Below are positions 1-10,356 of a stretch of 64,000 nucleotides of DNA, one piece after another. Source of the DNA: Phaeosaccion multiseriatum (taxonomy: Eukaryota; Protista; Ochrophyta, other classes); NCBI GenBank assembly GCA_965112735.1, contig OZ218957.1, forward strand, positions 1,054,001 to 1,118,000. Direction: 5' to 3'. The position numbers and the translations under genes were made by a program. Numbering within the stretch: position 1 is the stretch's first letter; each line of letters starts with the position of its first letter. Under the pieces are notes generated by a model. That model saw nothing but the letters and a program-made list of their open reading frames with translations, was not told the DNA's origin and did not search any database.

Positions 1-917
1 AGGTAGTCCACGTTGCGGCTGAGCCTGCGCTCTTCCTCGCCGAGGCCGTCATCGTCATCGTCATCTTCGTTGTCCTTTCCGAACACAAAGTCATACAAGA
101 TTTCCCCATTTGGGTCCTCGTCTTGCGATTCATGACAAGCATCGCGACTTCGCCTTCTCACATGAGAAGCCACCTTCCTCACGCTCTTGAGGCTGCAGTG
201 TAGTTGACTTCCGTTACTCATTTTTGCACTGCCCTCTGTTGCACTGCTCGTGACGCCGCCACTGCCGCCCAAGCTACCGCTGCTACTACTCCTGCTCCAA
301 GTGCTGCTACTTATGGTGCTAGCGGTGCTGTCCGCACCGCTGCTGCCCTTTCTCTGCCGTGAGGCCGAATCCAACTCCCACTCCCGTCCCAGCGCTTGCA
401 CTTGACTCCACGACGACAGTGGAACAGTACTCTCCGGCTCCTCCCCTATCGCCGCTGCTGTAATTTTCAGCGCCTGTAAGCGCGATATCCGAGGGGACCC
501 TTTGCGGGGGCGTAGCTTCCTCCTCCGCTCTTCACGCTCCTCCCCCCAGACAGGGCCGCTCAGAGGAAAGTCCAAACTTGAGGCTGCTGATTCGTACCCG
601 TCTTCCTCCTCCAGGGCCTCGTCATCTCCATCGCTCTCAGAGATCCACGTAACAAGGTCAGGGCCAGACTCCATCACATCAATACTCCTCTCCACCTCAT
701 CCACCTCGTCCACGGCCTGCCGTGGTTGCCCCCAAGGGCTTCGGACTTTAGATGTCGCCACCGTGAGATGCAGGTGGGTCCGCACGCAGGTTCCGGCTGC
801 GATGCACGCCCCACAAGATCCTCTATCAACGGGGCACGGCGCTACCACCCTCGTCCTTTCCTCCCTTTCTCCACAGATTTTATTCCCAACGGGGCCCGGA
901 GGGTGATTTATTGACAT
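1..917 (-). CDS. Hypothetical low-complexity Ser/acidic protein, truncated by the window edge
   Basis: The minus frame reads open from ATG at 917 to position 1 (MSINHPPG...EDPNGEILYDFVFGKDNEDDDDDDGLGEEERRLSRNVDY). Head-to-head with the gene starting at 980. Confidence 0.55.
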   Translation of the reverse strand, partial: MSINHPPGPVGNKICGEREERTRVVAPCPVDRGSCGACIAAGTCVRTHLHLTVATSKVRSPWGQPRQAVDEVDEVERSIDVMESGPDLVTWISESDGDDEALEEEDGYESAASSLDFPLSGPVWGEEREERRRKLRPRKGSPRISRLQALKITAAAIGEEPESTVPLSSWSQVQALGREWELDSASRQRKGSSGADSTASTISSSTWSRSSSSGSLGGSGGVTSSATEGSAKMSNGSQLHCSLKSVRKVASHVRRRSRDACHESQDEDPNGEILYDFVFGKDNEDDDDDDGLGEEERRLSRNVDY

Positions 918-979
918 ACGGGAGGTGTCCCGCCGCCGGACTACACAGTTTCGTATATCCCTCACAGTGGGGGAGAGAA

Positions 980-3976
980 ATGGAGGGACGAGGAGACCAT
1001 TTCGCGGAAGAGGTGGACGCCATCGTCACAAAGCACACTGTCAAAAACGAGTCGGCGTTTAGCCGCAAGGTGATGAACTAAAAAGAGCAGGGAAGGGGTA
1101 GTCGCGAACAAGCCTCTCACTTTCCTTCCTTCCCTCCCTCTCTTACTGAAAGGCTGAGATTCTGCATGCTCGGGGGGATCCCAATGGAAACAAAACCTAT
1201 GGACGCTCGTGGTCGACTACTCTCCAGACCCGGCAAGCCGAGGCTTCTGCACGGAGAGAGAGAGAGCGGTACAACCTGAGTCCTGGGGGGGGGGGGCGCA
1301 TCGGCTTGGACTCGGTGGTGATTAACAACTGGGCCGCTAAAAAGTTTACCCCATTGGCACAGCAGCGTATGCCCCGGACATCCCACCTCGGCACTCCTGT
1401 GGATGAGCTCCGACTCCTCCCGCTCTGCAAGTGGAAGACGGGCGTTTGGAACAGAGGTGCGCTCTGCAACGTCTGCCTGCGCGCCACGGCGCCGGGGGGC
1501 GACCGTCTGGCCTGTCGGAGCTGCAATGTAGTGCTTCACAGGAGGTGCGCCTCGGGTGCAGGACCAACAGGTACAGTCGGTTGAACAGAGAAAGACAGGG
1601 TTCCTTTGTCTCCCCTCGTTTCACACACGCCTGCTACTACAGGTCCAGAGACTGTGTGGCTATGCGATGAATGCGAGACAGGATATACTACAGTGGAGGC
1701 CGAGAAGTTCAGGCGGGCCCAGGCCAGCGCGATGGAGCTAGAAAAGGAGGCAAGACCTAAGAAACACGCCACGAGCGAGTACATGGTGCCGCTGCTAATG
1801 CGGGTCTCTCTCTCTCTCTCTCTCTCTCTCCAATTCCAGGCCAATTACTCTATGATGGCGGACTTTCTAGCTTCAAGGAAGCTTGCCAAGCACCGCTTGG
1901 TCAAGAGGGCGGTTCTGTCGCTGCAAGCGTGGGCCCGGGGTCAGGCCGTCCGGCAGAGGCTCTTTCTAGAGGCGTTGTCTACCCTGCGGCCTTGGGCCTT
2001 GCGGATCAAGGGGCTATACAGGCTTACCAACGGGCCGCAGTACCTTAAGGTGTACATCAGCGTGCTCGATGACATGTACAACAAGAAGCCTGGCTCGTCG
2101 GCCGCGGCGGCTTCCTTGCATGCCCTTGGGAACAATGTCTTTCAGGTCAGTCTGACAATGCCTGGCTACCTACCGTAGCTATGTGGGGCGGCCCCGCCCC
2201 CGTCGCCAAATCGCGGGGGAGTTGTGGCTCACCCCAGCTGCTACTCCTCCTGCTTACGGCGTTCCTTGTGGCCTGTGGTACTCCGACGTCTTTGCAGGCT
2301 TCTTCGAGCCGTCCCACCAAGAATGGTGGGCGCACGAAGCAACAGCAGGACTATAGCTCCATACTTGACCACAATGACCAGGTCTTTCTCTTTGAGACGG
2401 AATGGAAGTCCAGAACCAGGTGTGGCACTGTTTTGAGTCCCTCTCTCTCTCTCTGCGTGTTGCTGGATACTTATGGGTAGTGTACTCCTTGCTTTGCCAC
2501 TGGCCTTGCTGCCTCCTTGACCTCTGTTGCAGCTTTGAGGATGTGTGCGCTGAAGAGCAGGAGAGCAGAGCACTAGGAGCCGAGTCGCCACCGCTCTTCA
2601 GACTCGCAAGCAGAGATTCTCCAGCAGAGACCGTCACAGTCTCGCGCAGCGACAAAGGAGAGGGGAGGGGGGGGCAGGAGGAGGGGGGGGAGGGGGGGCT
2701 AGGACGTAATCGTAACACCCTCTTGCCCGCTCTTCGTGAGTGCCGAACGCCCGGTCCTGGCCATCTGAGTCAACTCTTTGGCACGGAGGACCCAAAGAAG
2801 GAGGTGGACAGGTGGTGGGACACAATTTCGGTGCCAGCGACGTCTCCCGTTGTGCGCATCGTCGTGACGGTTGTTGGGTGTAGTGACCCCAAGACATCCA
2901 CCCCGAAGGTACGCGAAACTTAGGCTCGCTCCTGTCTGGGCAACCAACACACCACCATCCACTATCCGCGTTTCAGCCGAAGGATGCTGATACTGACCAC
3001 CCAGCTGCTGGTCTGGTCCGTCCCTTTGCTGCTTCAGGTTGTGGGCCAGTGCCGGTTGGACCTCAGCCAACCGCTGTGCCGCAGACGCCCGGAGCGCTTC
3101 GACCTTAACCTTGGAACCATGGGCTACCCCATTCTCAAGGGAGGCGGAGGCGGTGGAGGAGCAGCGTAAGTAGCTGGGGCTCTAACGAACGCGAACAGCC
3201 AATGACTGACTGACTGACTGACTGACTGACTGACTGAGTGACCGACCGACCCACTGCGTGACTGTGCAGTAGCAAGACCAAGAGCTCCCAGTTGGTGGTG
3301 GTGGAAGACTCCTCCAAGAACGACTCTTGGGGCCTTTGCTCAACGCGCTTCCCGGTCATTTCCCTCGAGATGTTCTCCTACCCACTGAGGACAAGGTCTG
3401 TGCTCTGTGGTCAGATGGTCAGGGGTAGCCAGTGCAAGGCCAGCAGGTTACGAGTCTGCGAGCCGCCCTCCTTCTAAGACGAACATCTCCCCCTTTCTCT
3501 CTCTGTATCCTCTCTGGCTCCGTTGTGCCTTTCAGCATGAGTGGTGCCATCGACATTGTGGACGGGAGAGGGATCAACATGAGGCGATTCGCAACACTCT
3601 TCGGAGGCGAGCTGTTCCTGTACAGACACGTAAGTCCCCTCCCCCCCTTTGTCCGTCCACCTCCATTCTATACTGTGTGTGTCCCCATTCACGCCTCTCC
3701 TTTCCCCTCCACTCCCAGAGCTACTCCCGACGGGTACTCATGAAGCTGCAGGTTGTGGGTGCACTTATCGAGCACTACACGTCCCGCACCGGCGCTCTCC
3801 AAGACGGAGTTTTTGTGCACCCTGCCGGCCGTAACGAGGAGAGCCTCCTACTAGTGCCGCTCAACCCCGAGCAGCAGCGACAGTGGCTCACCACCATTCG
3901 GAGCGCTGCCAAGCACAGGGCTCAGACACCTGGCGCTGGCCCGGCTACCGTTTGTTGGAGCGGCGGCTGGGGCTGA
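980..3976 (+). CDS. Multi-exon protein with PHD finger, IQ motif, C2-like and PH-like domains
   Basis: ATG 980 (MEGRGDHF...SRK|gt), acceptor at 1152. Splicing 1570/1643 assembles C4HC3: CNVC...CRSC...H..C...WLCDEC. IQ motif LQAWARGQAVR. C2-like strands VRIVVTVVG...VVGQCRLDL. PH-like tail RRFATLFGGELFLY...EQQRQWLTTIRSA. Confidence 0.65.
3203..3237. repeat. (TGAC)n intronic microsatellite
   Basis: About 8 perfect TGAC units just after the GT donor at 3166. Confidence 0.9.
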
Positions 3977-4237
3977 GGGCGCAGAGAGACGGATCACGGG
4001 GCACCACCACCCACCACTTGCAGAAAGGTCCCAAGTGGGCTGTTTGTACAATCGTTTCGTCTATTGTACACTCACTACATACGGGGCGCCGACCTGCTGC
4101 TGCAATGCAGTCCGAACCACTCGTGGCCTCCTCGTCGCAGGGCTGCCCCAGAGATGCCCAGAGATGCCCGTCCTGTGCGACTTTCTCCTCCGCTTCGACA
4201 GAGCAGGCAGCGGCACCAACCAACGACGGTCTACGGT

Positions 4238-6019
4238 CTACGACTTCTTCGCTTTATTCTTTCCTGAAAAGCACGACATGACGAGGAGCAAAAACACCAT
4301 CGCCACGCCTCCCAGTACGCCGATTGTGAGGGGCTGAGCATGCCAGTGAAAGAGAAAGAGAGAGACAGAGAGAGAGAGAGACAGAGAGTTAGAGAGAGAG
4401 AGAGAGAGGTCCGACGAGGAAGGCCCTTGGAGTATTCATCCCGGAGTGGGCACACGGGACTCTGGCAGCGGGCACCAGTCTCGTGTAGCGAGGGCTGGGG
4501 CGGGAGCTGGGGACTAGCACAGCACCTCTGTAGGGCCCCTGCAATGCGTGCCCACTCCACCCCACCCCTCCCCCTCCTTGCCCACTCCGCTTCTGCCTAC
4601 GCACCTGCGGCGTCTTGCCCTCCTTGAGGCCAGCAATGTCCTGCGAGAGGGAGTTGAAGGCCTCCTTGGCTACGGTGAGCAGATCCTGGCTCTCGGGAGG
4701 AACCTCCAGAGCCTCTGCGCGCTTGTAGCCGCCCTGGGTGTGAGGGAGGAGAGGCGGTGGGTGGGCGGGCGGGGGTGCATGGTGCATGGTTATGGTTGGG
4801 TTGGGTTGGGTTGGCACCGCTCTGCTACTGCTGTTGCTACTGCTGCTGGGTCCTCTCGGCAGCGCGATATGGGATGGGGGTGGTGCGCTTGGTTGGTTGG
4901 TTGACATACCCGTGCGAAAGCAGCCATGTCTTCCACATTTCGCCTGCCCTTGTAGCGGTACATACTCCCCTTGCTAAAGAACAGTAATGTTGGAAAGCCC
5001 TGCAGAAAGGATGTTGAGGAGGATATGCATTTACGGATATCAGTCGCGAGGGGGTGTGATTGAGCGAGCTTGCAAGCCATTTCCGCAAAGCGACACCAAG
5101 ATACAGGGCAGAAGCACGTCGGAGTGGGTACAGGCAAGGTGCACGCATTTCTCTCCTGCTCTCTCACCTGGATTCCAAACCTCCCCTTCAGAGCAGAGTT
5201 ACCACCCAGAGTGAGATCCACCTTGGCCACGTTGGCTTCTCCCTGCGTGTGTCGGGAAAGTCACATGAACGCGCAAAGGACAGACAGAGCCTTTAGCCAA
5301 AGTGCGCTGAGCGACAAGAAGGGGGTTGCTGTTACCCGGGTATCACGCATTGCTCCAAGACCGTCTCCGGGCGAACCCCCTCTCTCTGGGAGCAGTGAAT
5401 GGTGCACTGGCGAGGCCCCTCGAACTCACCGAGAGCACCTGGGCAAGTTCGTCCCAGACAGGAGACATCTTCTTGCAGTGACCACACCACGGAGCGTAGA
5501 ACTCTGCAATATCCACGGCAAGAGGGGCACAGAGTGACGGAGAGTTGGTGAGACAAAAGAACGACCCGCGTTCCCACCCGCAAGAGGGGCACGGAGTGAG
5601 GGAGAGGTGGTGAGACAAGAGAACGACCCGCGTTCCCACCCTACTTTACCACAGTGGGTAGCAGCAGCAGCAGGAGCAGCAGCAGCAGCAGCAGCAGCAG
5701 CGGCAGCAGCAGCGGCAGCAGCAGCGGCAGCAGTCTCACCCAACTCAAGCACTCAACTGATGAACCAATCCCCCGTGGTGGCGCCCGTGGCCACCTGCGT
5801 ATCATGCTCAAAGTTGGCCCCGGAGAGGATTATCACCTCGGCCTTGGGCGCGTCTAAGTCGTCCTCCTCCCCCCCCTCCTGGAGAGCCAGAGCAGATCCG
5901 CCTTCGTCTGCCCCATCTTCTTGGGCTGCCACCATCGTGCCGGTGCTCGAGCATGAGCATGCTAGCAGCACGAAGATCGCCGCCAGTCCGAAGAGCTTCA
6001 AAGAGCGAAGCAGCATCAT
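4238..6019 (-). CDS. Thioredoxin-related transmembrane protein (TMX/PDI family), about 6 exons
   Basis: Signal peptide [21 protein letters not shown]. Spliced [23 protein letters not shown] and GFPTLLFF motifs. C-terminal TM ([16 protein letters not shown]) and dilysine end KNKAKKS*, fitting KxKxx ER retrieval. Confidence 0.9.
5518..5733. repeat. Intronic 62-bp tandem duplication followed by a (GCA)n tract
   Basis: gcaagaggggcac...cgcgttcccaccc starts at 5518 and again at 5580. Imperfect GCA run 5660-5733. All within TMX intron 1. Confidence 0.85.
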
Positions 6020-6120
6020 GGCTTCTATTGCTACTTTTTCTTCTGAAGGCAACGGCCGCGTGGAAGGCCCGGATGGCACCCGATGGGAAAATATCTGCCC
6101 TCTAACGACATCGTTCCGAC

Positions 6121-9100
6121 ATGATGGCGTCTGCTCTCAAGCAAGACAAGGACGTGAAGGGCGTAGTGGTTGAAGGACCAGAGAAAGGAGTGGAGGAGCC
6201 GAAGGAACAGGAGGCGGCGAAGGAGACATATCACCAGGCCGCTGGAACGAATGACATCATCATGGTCAGGAGCAGCGACGGCTCGCTGCATTCATCCAAG
6301 TTCTACGTGAGTAAAGTGCTTTTGTGTATTTTCCACCTCATAGAAAAGCAGAGGGTCAGACTCTTCTTCTCCCTTCGTGACCTCGTGATGCTGATAAGTG
6401 CTTCATCCTTTGCATTCTTTTTCTCTGTTCTGTTTGCCAGTGCACTTTTTATAAAAAGGTCAAGCCTGATGCCCCTCGACCCGAGGGTAGGCCCAAGTAC
6501 CTGGAAACTGTTGGGAGGCCTGTTCTCATTACGTTAAATGGGTAAGGAGAGCACGGATGGATGGCCGCTGCTGTGAGCACAGGGTTCGCAAATTATTTCA
6601 CGCCGTTGCTTTCCTCCAATCGTTGTCGGACTTGCACTGCTGCTGACCTTTGCCATTCACCCCTTTTACGTACGCAGCGTTAAGCAGGAAAACATCTTCA
6701 TGCAGGTGAGCTTCTGCTGAGTGTGTGTGTGCACGCGTGCAGCCATGGGGGGGGGGGGGAGAGACGTCTGCTACCCAACAGGACTGGGAGGGCGAGGCTA
6801 ACTCTGCATACGCGTTCCGGTACCTCTCATCAGGTCGGTGCCGACGGCTTCTGCACCTTTGCGGACGGAGGAAAGTTCCCCCCGCAGGTCAGTGCACCCT
6901 GCCCTGCTATGGCGGACAGGGGGTGTATGGGAGAGGGGAGATTCCGTGTGGCGAAGAACAAGACATTTGGGGCCGAGTGCATGCACCCGCATTGCATTAT
7001 GGGGCTCATAGAAAAGAGAGCAAGGGCATTGGGAGGCCCTTGGAAAAGAAGAGACCATTATTCCAAGAGCGAGTGCCTTCAAGCTTGCTTACTCGCCCCT
7101 CCCCCCCCCCTGCCCTCCCCTCCTCTTCTTCTCACACACCCGCCTCCTTGTCCCTCGCTGCTCTGTCCCTCTCATGCAGGATGTGATCCAGGGGTGGAAG
7201 CTGCTCCCCGGGCTGAATTCAGTGCGCTTCGAACTGGCCTACCGAGGCGACCCCCGCGTGCTCGTGGCTGACGCCTACCTCTTCCTCTATGACGCCTCAG
7301 CCTCCTTCATCGTGGTCGACATCGACGGCACCATTACCCGGAGTGACGTGCCTGGACTCATTATGACATTCAGGTAGATGTGAGACGGGAGCGCCTCAGG
7401 GCAAACGAACGGAATGTTGATGTGCTTGCTTTCTCTCTCCGCCCCTCCCACCTCTCTCCAGCCCTGGCACTATTGACCATACACACCCTGGCGTGTGCCG
7501 CTGTCTGGAGGAAGTAGCGATGGACGGAGCCAACCTGCTTTACCTCACCTCCAGACCCATCATGCTCGCCCCCAAGACAAGGGCCTTCCTCAATGAGTGC
7601 AGGTGAGGAGGCCGAAGGGGGGCAGATACGAGCGCTGCCCACTCAGCCTCTGCCTGGAGTATGTACGGGGGGTAGCGGGGGACTCTTGCCTTGTCTCTTA
7701 CAAGTAGGCTTTGTGTTGATTGTACCGCAGGCAAGACCGCGCCCTGCTTCCTCTGGGGCCTCTGGTGACCAACAAGGCCAATCTTGGGGGGGTGCTGCTC
7801 AGAGAACTCATCACCAAGGATATGCATCAATTCAAGACGTCCTCCTTGCTCGAGGTGAGCGGAGAGGAGTGTCGGGGGGCGGAGGGGCAGTCTTGGGGCA
7901 GCCTAGGGGCATTCTTCTCTGCGTACATTCGCAGGGCTTTTGAGGGAGAAAGAGTGGAGACATGAGCCAACAGCCAATCAGGCTCGCCCTCCCCTCCCCT
8001 CCCCACCCCTCCTCTCCCGTGCCGTATGTGGCTTCTCTCTTTCGACCGCTACTCTCTTCGACGGAGCAGATAACCGACATCTTTCTAAGAGCGGGGAGAA
8101 AGGTGCCTTCCCGAGTGTCGGCACTGCCCCCAAAGACGCAAGAGGAGGTCGGGCGGACACTGCAAGCCCTCGAGGCCGAGCGACCCGAGGAGGAGAAGCT
8201 TGCAGTCAGTCCTGGTGTCTTAGTTCGCGGTGGGGCAGGGGGTAGCGGCGCATCGGCTCCATCTAGCTCTCAGCAAGGCCAAGCGGGAGATGTGCCAGGC
8301 AGTAAGGGGGGGGGGGGCGAGGAGGGACGCGCCGTCGACGAGGATGACGAGGACGACGCGCGGCCGGTATTTGCAGCAGGCGTGGGAAATCGGGAGCACG
8401 ATGGCTTGGCGTATCGAGCGGGGGGGGTGCCCATGGAGTTCGTGTTCCTCATAGACCCTTCCTCCGTCATTGTCAATTGGTCGCCTTCGCTCAAGGCTAG
8501 GAAACGCTTCAAAGACGACGTAAGTGCAGACAAGAGCATTGGAGCGGTGGACATACAATTGCTTAGTCGGGGTCCGTCCGACTGGACGTGATGAGTACGA
8601 CACAAGTGTGTTTGGCTGTGGGGCGCAAAGGCGTACTCTGAGCCTGACGAGCACAGCTAAGCCGTATGTTTGGTGCTGTACTGCTCCCCCCTTCGTCTGT
8701 CCGCTCTGTCCACTCTGTCCGCCTGTCATGGGGCACTTCCTCTTTTCCTTGTCTGTTGTGTCTGGTGTGTCCAGGTGCACATTGCAGAATATGTAAGGCT
8801 GGAGCAAAAGGCCTTGGAGAAGCAGCGGCTAGCCTCATTGGCGACGGAGAAAGCCAGACAAGCTGCTTCGCAGGAGGACGGGGAGGGGGAGGGGAGCACC
8901 GCTTTAGAAACTTCATCAATGCAATCAGAACCCTCCTCCACACCAGCGACCGATCCTTCTGACGTGCAAGTAGAGATTGGGAGCGGGGACGATGTGACAT
9001 TGAAGGAGGAGGGGGGGGGCAAAAAGGCGGATGGAGAAATCGGACAGGGTGGAGAGAAGGAGGGGCTGGCCAAGGGCGGCTTGGAGTCCCTGAGCGACAG

Positions 9101-9332
9101 CGCGAGTGGGAGAAAGAGCAGCAGAAGTTGGTTCTCCAGAAGCTCAACAGCGCCGCCGCCAGCGGAGGCTCCAAGTGAGCTGAAGCTTCTTCCTCCGCCC
9201 AAGCCGTGCCATTCGTACAGCGATTTCGCCTTTTTGACCCTTTTGCGCAAGAGCATTGGCCTTACCACGGACTTGGCCCCTGAGCCGGAGGAAGAAGGCG
9301 GAGAGGGGCAGAAAGATGGGGCAGGCACGTAG
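6121..9332 (+). CDS. Lipin / phosphatidate phosphatase (N-LIP + LNS2 HAD domain), multi-exon
   Basis: N-LIP motifs GTNDIIMVRSSDGSLHSSKF and MQVGADGFCTF. Catalytic IVVDIDGTITRSD, LYLTSRP, FAAGVGNREHDGLAY and final HSYSDF motifs. Joins checked for exons 1-5 are canonical GT-AG. Confidence 0.9.
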
Positions 9333-9602
9333 TGAGGCCGAGACTACCCAGTCGACTTGCAGGAATCCCCGGAGGGAGGGAGGGAGGGAGGGAGGGAGGG
9401 AGGGAGGGAGGAAGGGACGCCACTCCTCCGGGGGAAGTAACACATGGCAGGCCTGGGGTTCGGGCCCGAGCGAGACTCCCGCTCTACCGCTGAGTTGCAG
9501 CACTGAGTAGAGGCGGTGTGCGATGAGCCGTGCGTGCACCACTCTCAAGCCTCGGCCGCCCCCCGGGAGAGGAGGAGGACACACCTTGCCTCTCTGCGGC
9601 GC

Positions 9603-9815
9603 GGGCAACGGGCCGGGCAACGGGCCGGGCAACGGGCCGGGCCTCGCGCTCCAAGCACCAAGCGGGCCACGCCTCTCTTTGCACGCCACGACGCTTCCCG
9701 TGCGACGCTTCCCGTGCGAAACTGCCCTTGCGGAGACGCCGACTGCCGGGGTCGATATGGCTGGGCCATATGACTGAATGACTACTGGGCCATATGACTG
9801 AATGACTACTGGGCC
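9603..9815. repeat. Cluster of short tandem duplications (12 bp x3, 14 bp x2, 24 bp x2)
   Basis: gggcaacgggcc x3; cgacgcttcccgtg x2; ctgggccatatgactgaatgacta x2 at 9761 and 9785. Confidence 0.85.
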
Positions 9816-10356
9816 TTGGCTCGGTGGTTGGAGCCTCACGGCCTCTGCGTCACTTCTGCATGGAGAGAGCTAAGCTGCACCACCTGAGGCTGCTGGGGGC
9901 TGGGAAGGGGCACTTTCTCGTCTGCGGTCTTGAGACTCGTACGGGTATACCGCATTCATCAACGGTCAACGGCGGGCCCCGACTTGCTGGGGTCGCTCCT
10001 ACGCTGGAGGATCGGAGAAGGGGCGCGAGATGATCATGGAGGAAAGTAGGAGGTAGGGCTTCACGCCGATATGGCATATGGCGCGACGGTGGAACGCATG
10101 AGGTCAGAACGCCGTCGCCAACTGGAGGGCTGAGGAGACGCGTCTCAACGTCGCTCAACGCAGGCAACCGAGCGGGGGGTTGGAGAAAAGAAAAATATGT
10201 CAATGGCGGGCACCCCGCCTCCCCTAAAATTCTCTTATCCCTCTCATTTTTCCCGGTTATAATAACGCTGTAGGTGGAGCTTCTTCTTACCCGGACCTCT
10301 TTAGTACCCTTTTATCTTACCTCGGGGCGGAGGCTGGTCCCTCCCTCTACGTAGGC

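Noticed and set aside
5426-5857. Poly-Ala and poly-Ser ORFs
   Set aside because: They are read-throughs of the intronic (GCA)n tract in the TMX gene.
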